Shown piece by piece: positions 1-13,000 of a DNA stretch of 64,000 nucleotides. The notes beneath the pieces are model-generated. The model ran no database searches and was not told where the DNA came from. It worked only from the letters and a program-made list of their open reading frames with translations. The stretch is from Somniosus microcephalus. Its lineage: Eukaryota. The position numbers and the translations under genes are program-made. The stretch's first letter is position 1, and every line of letters begins with the position of its first letter. The DNA is taken from the NCBI GenBank assembly GCA_052327205.1, contig CM126212.1, positions 52,824,001-52,888,000 of the forward strand, given 5' to 3'.

Positions 1-3000
1 ACTCTGCCCTAGCGGCAGCTTGGCAATCTGGAAGGAAGTGTTTCTTCTGTGGAGGTGCATTTCATTATAGGAAATTTTGTCCTGCTCGTAATGCAATCTG
101 CAATCATTGCAATAACAAAGGTCACTTTTCTAAGGTATGCCAGTCAAGAGCCCCTGTTAGTTTTGCAGCTGCTATCTATAAAACTGCTCCTCCCCCAAGA
201 GCCACTACTAAGGTTACAGCTGTCAAGGGTAAAACTGCTCCTCCTCCCATCACAGCTGTTTTTCCCCAAAGCCTGTTCCATGCAGCCACGAAGGTTTCGG
301 TAAATGGACACATTTTGAGTGCACTAATCGACTCATGCAGCTCTGACAGCTTCATCAGTGGACAGGCTGTCAGTAAGTTAAAACTGCGTATTTACCCCTT
401 TGACAGGGAAATTGCAATGGCTCTGACGACACTGACCACCAACTCTTCCAGCTTTTGTCTTGTCAACCTTATTCTCAATGGCCGCACTTATTTCTCCACC
501 CGGCCGGGGTGCTCAAAAACCTATGCTGTGATGTGCTCCTGGGACAGGATTTTCAGAAACAACACAAAAGACTCACTTTCGAGTTTGGAGGGTCAAAGCC
601 GCAGCTTACTATTTCCAAAGTACCGTTTTGTGCGCTTTCGCCGGCTTCGCTCGACGAGCCCTCCTTGTTTGCCAATCTTTCCCCCCGATGTAAGCCCATA
701 GTCACTAAATCACGACATTTCAGCCAAGATGATCTATCCTTTATTGAGGCAGCGATCTCTCGCCTTCTAGCTGACGGTATCGTTGAGCCATGTTCATCTT
801 CCTGGCGGGCTCAAGTCGTCGTTGTTAAAAATCCTCTGAAGCAACACAGGAAACGTCTTTGCATCGATTACTCGCAAACTATTAACTAGTATACCAACCT
901 AGATGCCTACCCACTACCATGCATCAATGACATGGTCAATAACCTTGCCAACTACAAGGTATTTTCAACTTTTGACTTAAAGAGCGCATACCATCAAGTG
1001 CCGTTAAAGGACTCTGACAAAAAGTATACGGCCTTTGAGGCCAATGGTCGGCTTTACCAGTTTTGTCGGCTTCCATTTGGGGTCACCAATGGGGTGGCCA
1101 TCTTCCGATGGGCAATGGATAGCCTAGTTAAACAGGAGAACTTAACGGACACTTTTCCATATCTGGATAATATCACCATTGCTGGTCATGACCAGAAGGA
1201 GCATGATGCCAACCTCCAGAAATTTCTTGACGTTCTCCGTCGTCGCAACTTAACCTTAAATGAGTCCAAATCTGTGAAATCAGTACCATCAGCCAACATC
1301 CTTGGCTACTGGGTGGGCAATGGTGTCATCAAACCGGATCCGGAGCGACTTCGTCCGCTTCAGAAGCTCCCTCCTCCTACGAATCTTGGCTCTCTTCGTC
1401 GGGGCCTCGGCATGTTCGCCTATTATACGAAGTGGATACCCCGCTTTTCTGACAAGGTCCAGCCCTTGCTTCACGCGAAGTCATTTCCGTTGGAGGCAAC
1501 GGCTATTTCGGCTTTCGACCTCCTCAAGCAACAACTGGAAAAAGCCACGCTTCGTTTCATCGATGAAAATCTCCCTTTCGTGGTCGAGTGTGATGCATCG
1601 GAGGTGGCGATCTCGGCTACCTTGAATCAAGGTGGTCGACTCGTTGCATTTCTGTCCAGAACTTTGCAGGGTAGCGAGCTCCATTATCCTCCTGTTGAGA
1701 AGGAGGCTACGGTCATCATCGAAGCAGTACGTAAATGGAGTCATTTTCTCGCTCGTCGCCATTTCACGCTTATAACCGATCAACGCTCCGTGGCCTTTAT
1801 GCTGGATAACCGGAAACGCACTAAGATCAAGAATAACAAAATACAGCTCTGGAGGATGGAATTGGCCGCCTTTGGCTACACCATACATTATCGACCCGGC
1901 AAAGAGAATGTGGCCCCGGATAGCCTCACGCGGGCATTCTGCTCTTCCATGTCAACTTCGACTCTTGTGGATCTTCATACTGACTTATACCATCTTGGCG
2001 TTACCTGTATGTTACACTTTGTGCGATCTAAAAATCTCCCATTTTCTACGGAAGACGTGAAAAGAACATGCTCCACTTGTAGAATTTGCGCGGAATTAAA
2101 ACTGCAATTCTTCTGTCCGTCGGATGGCTCGCTCATACACGCTACACAGCCTATGCAGCGACTCGGCATTGACTTTAAAGGGCCACTGCCTTCCTCAACG
2201 TGAAACACCTACTTACTTACTATGGTGGACGAATATTCACACTTTCCCTTTGCTTTCCCCTGTCCCAATATGCTTACTTCCCCAGTGATCAAATGCCTCG
2301 ATCAGGTCTTTTCCCTTTGCGGTACGGCCAATTTCATCCACTCTGATCGGGGTCCCTCCTTCATGTCAAGCGAACTCAAAAGTTATCTTTCCCAACGGGG
2401 AATCGCCACAAGTAGAACGACACCGTATCATCCTATTGGAAATGGACAGGTTGAGAGATACAACACTATCATTTGGAACGCTGTTCATCTTGCACTGAGG
2501 TCACACAACCTATCAGACCAGCAGTGGGAAACTATGCTCCCTGACGCATTGCATTCCATCAGGTCTCTTCCTTCTACATCCACCAACGCTACTCCTCACG
2601 AACAATTCTTCAGGTTCCAGCATCGCTCCACTCATGGGACGTCCCTACCATCATGGTTGGCAGCTCCTGGCCCCGTGCTGCTCCGAAGATTCGTCCGATC
2701 CTCTAAGAGTGATCCCCTCGTTGACGAAGTGGAACTGACGGATGTCAATCCCACATACGCATACGTGCGGTACCCTGATGGCCGGGAATCCGCAGTGTCA
2801 CTTCGGGATCTGGCTCCCTGCCCAACTGGTCCCACGGACCCAATCGATGGTGGGATCCATATTAATGACGTCGATACCCTGCGCTCCTCTGAGGATGATG
2901 CCCTACCCGGGACGTCAAGGGATCTACCAGCTATTCCGCCGGATCAACCCGGGGAACAGAGCGCCCCCCGAGGGATGGCCACCCGAAGCCAGGATGCCGG

Positions 3001-3053
3001 TCAGTCACCGACTACTGGGCAGGGTGAAGCCAGCTCTGCACCTGTGGGGGCCC

Positions 3054-3347
3054 GCACCCGGAGCCACGATCTCCTCAGTCCCTCTCAGGTTGAGCAAGAC
3101 GACACAGACTCTGCCAGCCCGCCGGTACGAACTAAGTGACCCAGGGACCAAAACACGGTCCGAGGAGACGTGCCTTCCGGCCACCAATGTAGACCCAAAT
3201 GCACCCGGAGCCACAATCTCCCCAGTCCCCCTCAGGTCGATTAAGGCGACACGGACTCTGCCAGCCCGCTGGTACGAACTAAGCCACCCAGGGACCAAAA
3301 CACGGTCCGAGGAGACGTGCCTTCCATCCACCAACGGAGATCCAAAC
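3054..3347 (+). repeat. 147-bp tandem duplication at the integrase tail
   Basis: gcacccggagccac... begins at 3054 and again at 3201; two near-identical units. Confidence 0.9.
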
Positions 3348-3422
3348 GACTGCGTCTATTCTTAGTCCGATTAATTCAGTAGAAAGAAGCCGCCGGACTT
3401 CCAATCTTTCAGATGGGAAGAA

Positions 3423-3650
3423 TGACATGAATCTTGCCATTCATGTAGAAATGACTTATGAAATAATACTGGGCGGCCTGCTGGTGGCGCTGTCCAGGGA
3501 GAGTATAAATACTCGGGCATGGGCCCAGCTTGCTCAGGACATTTTGTAAACAGGAACTAGTAAAGGACAACTAGATCTCCATGTTGTGAAACAGTTGATT
3601 AAAGCCTTGTTTAATACTCAGACCAAGTGCCTAGTAGTTTTCTTACGTCA
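3423..3650 (+). repeat. 3' LTR of Gypsy A
   Basis: TGAC...GTCA ends after the purine tract, TATAAA near 3505, ATTAAA near 3598. Confidence 0.75.
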
Positions 3651-3751
3651 CTGGGCATTTTAGTGGGTTTGCTGATGTATTTGAAATTATTCTGGGAAAA
3701 AAATGTACTTCTAAGATCTAAAATAACATGTATGCTTCTCCTTTTGTCTCA

Positions 3752-3935
3752 CAGGAATGTTATCAAACAAAAATTGACACCGAGCTACATAAGGAGACGT
3801 TAGGACAGGTGACCAAAAGCTCGGTCAAAGAAGCAGGTTTTAAGGAGCGTCTTAAAGAAGGAGGGAGAGATAGAGAGGCGGAGACATTTAGGGAGGGCAT
3901 TCCAGAGCTTAGGGCCTAGACAGGTGAAGGCACGT
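3752..3935 (-). mobile_element. L2 LINE 3' fragment
   Basis: Encodes AFTCLGPKLWNALP...FKTLLKTCFFDRAFG; matches L2 3' end at 38630-38800. Confidence 0.8.
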
Positions 3936-3943
3936 TTTCTTAC

Positions 3944-4071
3944 CGGAGATTGGAAAGCTGTTGTGTCCAGAAGGTTCGCAACTTCATGAGGAAAAAACAT
4001 CAGGGGGCTTTGACTTAGGCCAACGTCCTCCAACTCCTTTGGTAATGTATTTCTTGCTGCCTGCACAAAAT
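3944..4071 (-). CDS. STXBP4-like: STXBP4-like exon j ([18 protein letters not shown]...FQSP)
   Basis: ctgcag acceptor, CCG/gtaaga donor, 128 nt, phase 1-0. Confidence 0.88.
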
Positions 4072-7000
4072 CTGCAGAGTTCACTCAGCGTTATTATAGG
4101 CCAAGCGAGTCTTTAGCCATCAGCAGAACCCTAGCTCCCAAATTAGTTTAAGAAGAAACTCCACAGTTACTTGCCCTTCTTCATTGCAGGCCAGACTCCT
4201 CCTCCCACTAGAGGGAGGATTGGAGTGCGACTTCTGCATCGCCCTCCCTGGCCATGACCCCGCCCCATTTTCCTGGAGCTCATTAATCATGCAGGTCGGG
4301 CTCTCATCAGAGTGTGTATGAGAGAGTGAGTGAAAGGGGGAGAAAAAAGAAAGGAATAAAAGCCTGCCACTGTCCCTGAGGAAAGTTCCGTTGTTGCAGT
4401 GCTCAAAGAGATGGGAACTTTTAAAGGGGACAGAAAACCCCTGACGATCAAGGAGGCACCAACAGTATTTAGGTCTGCCTAGGCCGAGGCCTAAAAAAGG
4501 TAAGGGACCGAGGCCTCCTAGGGAGGAAGAGGTGCCCACTATGGGGTCCTTTCCCCCCACCAAACGGAAAGGACTGGGGGGGGGCCTGCCACCCTTGCCC
4601 GCTGAGATTACCATCATCCCACTTCTGGTGGTCCCTGGGGGCAGCAGAATCAGCGGTGGAAGGCAGTGAAACGGGGAGACATGTTGGGTCCTCCCGTAAT
4701 TTTCATGCGGTGGGCAGGGGGTGGGCAGTTAACAACCTTCCTAGCTGGGGCGGGGAGAGGAAAATCAAGGTCGAGGCAGGGAGCCAGAGGTAGGCCTCAC
4801 TGTCCCATTTTCCTGCTGTTACTGTCATCCTGCCAGACTTGGAGTGGGACAGCGGAGCAAAATCGAGGCTCTGGGACCTTCTGATGATATTTCCATTCTG
4901 CAAAACAATCAGACTGGGTGCTACCTGCGTTTATTTTGGCGGATGAGGGGCAGGGAATTGGGTGTATAGATTCAACGTCCTTTAACCCTTCATTGACTTT
5001 TCACCTTTTCAAAAATAATACACCTGTGTAACATCTGCATGATCGAAGATATGCGACAGGGAGGAGTTATGGCCCAATTACATAATGAGTGAACTGATTG
5101 TGCATGTTGTGAGTGTAGTGCTGAGTAACTTGTTCGCCCATCGTAAAGGGGAACGGTAGCGTAGTGGTAATGTCACTGGGCTAGTAATCCCGAGGCCTGG
5201 ACTTATGATCCAGAGACATGAGTTGAAATCCTACCACGGCAGCTGGGGAATTTAAATTTAGTTAATTAAATAAATCTGGGATACAAAGCTAGTATCAGTA
5301 ATGGTGACCATGAAACTATCGGATTGTCGTAAAAACCCATCTGGTTCACTAATGTCCTTTAGGGAAGGAAATCTGCCGTCCTTACCCGGTCTGGCCTATA
5401 TGTGACTCCAGACCCACAGCAATGTGGTTGACTCTTAACTGCCCTCTGAAACGGCCTAGCAAGCCACTCAGTTGTAACTAACCGCTACAAGAAACAATAA
5501 TGGACCACCTGGCATCGACCTCGGCACCGGCTACGGACACGGCAATGGCACACCCAGCCCAGTCAATCCTGCAAAATCCTCCTCACCAACACCTGGGGAC
5601 TTGTGCCAAAATTGGGGGAGCTGTCCCACAGACTAGTCATGCTCACAGAATCAAACCTTTCAGCCAATGTCCCAAACTCCTCCATCACCATCCCATGGTA
5701 TGTCCTGTCCCACCGGAAGGACAGACCCACCAGGGGTGGCGGCACAGTGGTATACAGTCGGGAAGGAGTGGCCCTGAGAGTCCTCAACATTGACTCCAGA
5801 CCCCATGAAGTCTCATGGCTTCAGGGCAAGGAAACCTCCTGCTGATTATCACCTACCACCCTCCCTCAGCTGATGAATCAGTGCTCCTCCATGTTGAACA
5901 CCACTTGGAAGAAGCACTGAGAGTAGCAAGGGCACAGATTGTACTCTGGGTCGGGGACTTCAATGTCCATCACCAAGAGTGGCTCGGTAGCACCACTAGT
6001 GACCGAGCTGGCTGAGTCCTGAAAGACGTAACTGCCAGTCTGGGCCTGCGACAGGTGGTGAGAGAACCAACACAAGGGAAAAACCTACTTGACCTCGTCC
6101 TCACCAATCTACCTGTGGCAGATGCATCTGTCCATGACAGTATTGGTAGCAGTGACCACCGCACAGTCATTGTGGAGACGAAGTCCCGTCTTCACACTGA
6201 GGACACCCTCCATCGTATTGTGTGGCACTACCACCGTGCTAAATGGGATAGATCTAGCAGCTCAAAACTGGGCATCCATGAGGCGCTGTGGGCCATCAGC
6301 CGCAGCAGAATTGTATTCCACCACAATCTGTAACCTCATGGCCTGGCATATCCCTCACTCTACCATTACCACCAAGCCAGGGGACCAACCCTGCTTCAAT
6401 AAGGAGTGTAGAAGAGCATGCCGGGAACAGCACCAGGCGTACCTAAAAATGAGGTGCCAACCTGGGGAAGCTGCAACACAGGACTACATGCATGCTAAAA
6501 AGTGGAGGCAGCATGCTATAGACAGGGCTAAGCGATCCCATGATCAACGGATCAGATCAAAGCTCTGCAGTCCTGCCACATCCAGTCGTGAATGGTGGTG
6601 GAACATTAAACAACTAACAGGAGGAGGAGGCTCAATGAATATCCCCATCCTCAATGATGGTGGAGCCCAGCACATGAGTGCAAAACACAAGGCTGAAGCG
6701 TTTGCAACCATCTTCAGCCAGAAGTGCCAAGTGGATGATCCATATCGGCCTACTCCTGAGGTCCCCACCATCACAGAAGCCAGTCTTCAGCCAATTCGAT
6801 TCACTCCACGTGATATCAAGAAATGGCTGAGCGCACTGGATACAGCAAAGGCTATGAGCCCCGACAACATCCCGGCTATCGTGCTGAAGACTTGTGCTCC
6901 AGAACTAGCCACACCTCTAGCCATGCTGTTCCAGAGCAGCTACAACACTGGCATCTATCCGACAATGTGAAAAACTGCCCAGGTATGTGCTGTCCACAAA

Positions 7001-10000
7001 AAGCAGGATAAATCCAATTTGGCCAATTACCGCCCCATCACACTACTCTCAATCATCAGCAAAGTGATGGAAGGTGTCATTGACAGTGCTATCAAGCGAC
7101 ACTTACTCACGAATAACCTGCTCACTGATGCCCAGTTTGGGTTCCGCCAAGACCACTCAGCTCCCGACCTCATTACAGCCTTGGTCCAAAAAAGGAGCTG
7201 AATTCTAGAGGTGAGGTGAGAGTAACTGCCCTTGACATCAAGGCAGCATTTGACCGAGTGTGACATCAAGGAGCCCTAGTAAAACTGAAGTCAATGGGAA
7301 TCAGGGGGAAAACACTCCACTGGCTGGAGTCATACCTAGCACAAAGGAAGATGGCTGTGGTGGTTGAAGGTCAATCATCACAGCCCCAGGAAATCACTGC
7401 ATGAGTTCCTCAGGGCAGTGTCCTAGGCCCAACCATCTTCAGCTGCTTCATCAATGACCTTCCCTCCAACATAAAGTCAGAAATGGGGATGTTCGCTGAT
7501 GACTGCACAGTGTTCAGCGCCATTCACAACTCCTCAGATAATAAAGTAGTGCATGCCACATGCAACAAGACCTGGATGACGTTCAGGCTTGGGCTGATAA
7601 GTGGCAGGTAACATTCGCACCACAGAAGTGCCAGGCAATGACTATCTCCAACAAGCGAAAGTCTAACCACCTCCCCTTGACATTCAACGGTATTACTATC
7701 TACGAATCCCCCACCATCAACATCCTGGGGGTCACTATTGACCAGAAACTTAACTGGACCAGCCACATAAATACTGTGGCAACAAGAGCAGGTCAGAGGC
7801 TAGGTATTCTGTGGCGAGTGTCTCACCTCCTGACTCCCCAAAGCTTTTCCTCCATCTACAAGGCACAAGTCAGGAGCGTGATGGAATACTCTCCACTTGC
7901 CTGGATGAGTGCAGCTGCAACAACACTCAAGAAGCTCGACATCATCCAGGACAAAGCAGCCCGTTTGATTGGCACCCCATCCACCACCTTAAACATTCAC
8001 TCCCTCCACCGGTGTACCGTGGCTGCAGTGTGTACCATCTACAAGATGCACTGCAGCAACTCGCTAAGGCTTCTTCGGCAGCACCTCCCAAACCCGCAAC
8101 CTCTTCTACCTAGAAGGACAAGGGCAGCAGGCGCATGGGAACACCATCACCTCTGAATTCCCCTCCAAGTCACACACCATTCTGACTTAGAAGTATATCG
8201 CCAATCCTTCATTGTCGCTGGGTCAAAATCCTGGCACTCCCTCCCTAACAGCACTGTGGGAGTACCTTCACCACACGGACTGCAGCGGTTCAAGAAGGCG
8301 GCTCACCACCACCTTCTCAAGGGCAATTAGGGATGGGCAATAAACGTTGGCCTTGCCATCGATGCCCAGATCTCATAAGCGAATAAAAATAAAAAGTGAA
8401 TTTAAGACTTTCCCACTGCATACTCTTTATAACAGGAATGTGTCAACAAATCTCAACACTATACCTAGTTCATTTAAATTTTACTTTTACCTTTTACAAA
8501 GTGTTGAGACTGGTTTGTAGAGACTGAGGATTCAATTTTTAGTCCTCTTGGCGGAAACCAGGCCGGGGCTGGGGGCAGTTAAAATGGAGCTGGGGAGCCG
8601 ACAGAAGTGGTGGGAGGGGAGCCACTCAATGTTTTCAAGGGGAGACTGGATAGGCACTTGGGGGAAATAAACTTGCAGGGCTATGGGGATAGAGCGGGGG
8701 AATGGGATTGCCTGGATTGCTCGACAGAGAGCCGGCAAGGACTCGATGGGCCGAATGGCCTCCTTCTGTGTCGTTATGACTCTATGTTATGACTTTATGA
8801 CCCCACTGAAAAGGCTAACATGAGGTGGAAGAGTGATCTGGAGAAGACTCTCCCTCCAACGCTCTCTCCTTCCCCATGAGGAATCACCTGACCTCCACCT
8901 GACATTTTAGGTGGAGCACTTCGTGATAGCAAACAGTACTCGAGCAGGCAAGGAATCAAAGCTAATGGGACCAGTTACACCGTGTGAAGACTCAATTGTC
9001 GTTTTTTAAAAATTCACTCTCGGGATGTGGTTGGCATTTATTGCCCCTCCCTAATTGCTCGAGAAGGAGGTGGTGGGCCTTATTCTTGAGCCGCTGCAGA
9101 CCGCGTGGTGAAGGTGCTCCCACAGTGCTGTTCGGGAGGGGTAATAACAACATTGCTAATAATGAATCCACAATGATAACAGTCACAGAAAATTCTGTCT
9201 CACCTTCCCTGCTGGGGCAAATTTACGGGTGGAATAGCACCAGCGGAGAACTATAGGGGGAAAGAACGGTACCAGAGAGTTATTTTAATTGAAAACGCAT
9301 CTTTACCTCCAAAGGCCACAGTTCCCTGCGAATCATTTGTGAGGCTCCCTCTTAGCATTCTTCTTCGCTCTTCTGTCACATGTAGACCGAGGTACTTCAA
9401 TGCCTACAACAGACAGGATAGTGTGACAGTCCAAATTACAGTGAGAGTGTAACATTAATGTGGTTAACCTATACCTAGCCTAACCTGTATCAGAATAGAA
9501 GCTGCATGCAATATGATACAACTGTACATGTTACATTGAAATTACAGCACAGAAACAGGCCAGTCGGCCCAACTGATCTATGCCCGTGTTTATGCTCCAC
9601 ATGAGCCTCTTCCCCTCACTTCCTCTCACCCTATTGGCATATCCTTTAATTCCTTTCTCCCTCATGTACTTACCTAGCTTTCCCTTAAATGCATCTATGC
9701 TGTTTGCCTCAAGTACTCCATATGATAGCGAGTTCTACATTCTAACTATCTGGGTAAAGAAATTTCTCCTGAATTCCTTATTGAAATATATATAATATAT
9801 ATATATATGAATTATAATGACCGCACATTCTCATGTGGCTTGCGCGTTTTTTAGCCTCACCTCTCTGCTATTGGGAATTTTCAGCCAAGAAAGAAGGCAA
9901 GTGAATTTTCACAGATTTAACACCAGTACTGGTGTGAGAATCAATTAATAGTCGCTGAATCACATGGATCCCTGTCATTCTCAGACTCCTGTGACCAACT

Positions 10001-13000
10001 GACTAAAGTCTCAACCCTAGTACACACCCAAAAAAACCCTTGTACGTGCACACTTTGTTCTGCGTCTTGAATCAATTCAATTTTGTCCCAGAAATGGACG
10101 GTCAACAATAGCCCTGAATTTCTTCACACATTCTGCTGCTGCACTGCCCTAACTTTGCCGGAAGTGGGACTTAAATCCCGTTTACGTGTATAAATGGGTT
10201 TTCCACCGCACTTCTGACGGGAAACTGTGCGCGTTTGAGAGAGGGAGAAGAGGAAGAGTGGAATAAAACACGCTTCAGTGTTTCTGGTCTCCCGAGTCTT
10301 CAGATGCTCAGTGGAAATAGGCCACAGTAACACAGCTATTGAAAATGAAAGATTGAAGGGATGCTGAGAATTCGGAGTGGAGATAGAAAAAAACACATCA
10401 GTGGTGAAGTTTCCTTTTGTTTCAGACTCGGTTGAAGATGAGCTGGTGTGATTCTGTGGGTTATTTTACAATGTGTCCCTGAAATTGGATTTGAAAATTT
10501 GGGCTGCTTTTTTATAAGTTTGGTGAAGCATACAATTAGAAACTAGTGTCAGTTTGATTTAGTTAATTTGCCTTTGAGTCAGGAAGTTGGAGGTTTCAAG
10601 TCACACTCTAGGATTCGAGCACCTAATCTAGGCTAACGCTTCGGTGCTGTACTGAGGGAACGCTGTATTGTTGCAAGTGTTGTCTTTTGGATGAAATGCT
10701 AAACTGCGGCCCTGTTTGCCTATTCCAGTGGATGTAAAAGATCCTATGGCACTATTCCAAGAAGAGCAGGAGAGTTCTCCCAGCCAACGTTCCTCAAACA
10801 ACGGCAGCAATAAAAACTCAGATTAACTGGACATTCGTCTCATTCGCTGTTTGTGGGACTTGGCTGCCTGCATTTACCTACGTAACAGTGATAGCACTTA
10901 AAAAGTAATTCAACAGCTGGAAATTTCCTCGCAGCTGCTCTTGCTCCGCTGCTGTAACTTAGTTGGTAGAAAGGCGGAAACCCTGTTTTAGAGGATTCTA
11001 TCGTACTTCCGAAGAAGTTACAGCAATGGAGTGGGAGCAGCTCCAAGGAAATTCCCATCTATCGACTGTGAAGTGTTCTGGGATGCCCTTAGAATAGAGA
11101 AACATAGAAGATAGGAGCAGGAGTAGGCCATTCGGCCCTTCGAGCCTGCTCCGCCATTCAATGAGATCATGGCTGATCATTGAAATTCAGTACCCTGTCC
11201 CTGCCTTCTCCCCATATCCCTTGATCCCTTTAGCCTTCAGAAATATATCCAACTCTTTCTTGAATATATTTAATGAACTGGCCTCCACCACCCTCTGTGG
11301 CAGGGAATTCCACAGGTTCACCACTCTCTGGGTGAAGAAATTCCTCCTCATTTCAGTCCTAAATCTCCTACCCCTTATCCTTAGACTGTGACCCCTGGTT
11401 CTGGACTCCCCCGCCATCGGGAACATCCTTCCTGCATCTAGTCTGTCTAGTCCTGTTAGAATTTTATGTTTCAATGAGATCCCCTCTCAATCTTCTAAAC
11501 TCCAGTGAGTATAAGCCCAATCGACACAATCTCTCCTCATACGTCATTCCTGCCATCCCAGGTATCAGCCTGGTGAATCTTCGCTGCACTCCTTCCATGG
11601 CAAGAACGTCCTTCCTCAGATAAGGCGACCAAAACTGCACACAATACTCAAGGTGTGGTCTCACCAAGGCCCTGTACAACTGTAGCAAGACATCCTTGTT
11701 CCTGTACTCGAACCCTCTTGCTACGAAGGCCAACATACCATTTGCCTTCTTAACCGCCTGCTGCACCTGCATGCTTACCTTCAGTAACTGGTGCACAAGA
11801 ACACCCAGGTCTCTTTGCACTTCCCCTTCTCCCAATCTATTGCCATTCAAATAATAATGTGCCTTCCTGTTTTTGCCACCAAAGTGGATAACCTCACATT
11901 TATCCACATTATAGTGCATTTGCCATGTTTCTGCCCAATCACCTAACCTGTCCAAATCGTACTGGAGTTTCATGAGATCCTCCTCGCAGCATACCCTCCC
12001 ACCCAGCTTTGTGTCATCTGCAAATTTGGAGATATTACATCCAATTCCCTTGACCAGATCATTAATATATATTGTGAACAGCTGGGGTCCTAGGACCGGT
12101 CCTTGCGGTACTCCACTAGTCACTGCCTGCCACTCGGAAAACGACCCGTTTATTCCAACTCTTTGCTTTCTGTCCGCCAACCAGTTCTCTATCCAAGTCA
12201 ATGCCTTGCCCCCAATCCCATGTGCCTTAATTTTGCACGCTAATCTCTTATGCGGGACCTTATCGAAAGCCTTCTGAAAGTCTAAATACACCACATCCAC
12301 TGGTTCTCCCTTATCTATTTTACCAGTTACATCCTCAAAAAATTCCAGTAGATTAGTCAAGCATGATTTACCTTTTGTAAAGCCATGTTGACTTTGTCCG
12401 ATCCTGTCACTGTTTTCCAAGTGCTCTGCTATTACATCTTTTATAATGGACTCTAGCATTTTCCCCACTACCGATGTCAGGCTTACCGGTCTATAATTCC
12501 CTGCTTTTTCTCTCTACCTTTTTTGAATAGTGGGGTAACATTAGCTACCCTCCAATCCATGGGTACTGTTCCAGAGTCTGTTGAGTTCTGGAAGATGACC
12601 AGCAATGCATCTACTATTTCTAGGGCCACTTCCTTAAGTACCCTGGGATGTAGATTATCAGGCCCTGGGGATTTATCGGCCTTCAGTCCCATCAATTTTC
12701 CTAACACCATTTCCCTACAAATACTGATTTCTTTCAGTTCCACCCTTTCATCAGACCCTATGTTCCCCGGTATTCCTGGGAGGTTATTTGTGTCCTCCTT
12801 TGTGAAGATAGAACCAAAATATGTATTTAGTTGGTCTGCCATTTCTTTGTTCCCCATTATAAATTCCCCCGATTCTGACTGCAAGGGACCTACGCTTGAC
12901 TTCACCAATCTTTTTCTCTTCACATATCTATTAAAGCTTTTACAGTCAGTTTTTATGTTCCCTGCAAGCTTACTCTCATATTCTATTTTCCCTTTCTTAA

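Larger units (their letters stand above)
1..3650 (+). mobile_element. Ty3/Gypsy LTR retrotransposon A, 3' part (decayed gag-pol and 3' LTR)
   Basis: Gag zinc knuckles CFFCGGAFH...C and CNHCNNKGHFSKVC (about 39-145), protease LIDSCS, RT, RNase H (ECDAS), integrase (HSDRG...GQVER); frameshifts and stops; purine tract 3411-3422. Confidence 0.92.

Noticed and set aside
9786-9810. (AT)n tract
   Set aside because: Ordinary short microsatellite at a CR1 fragment edge
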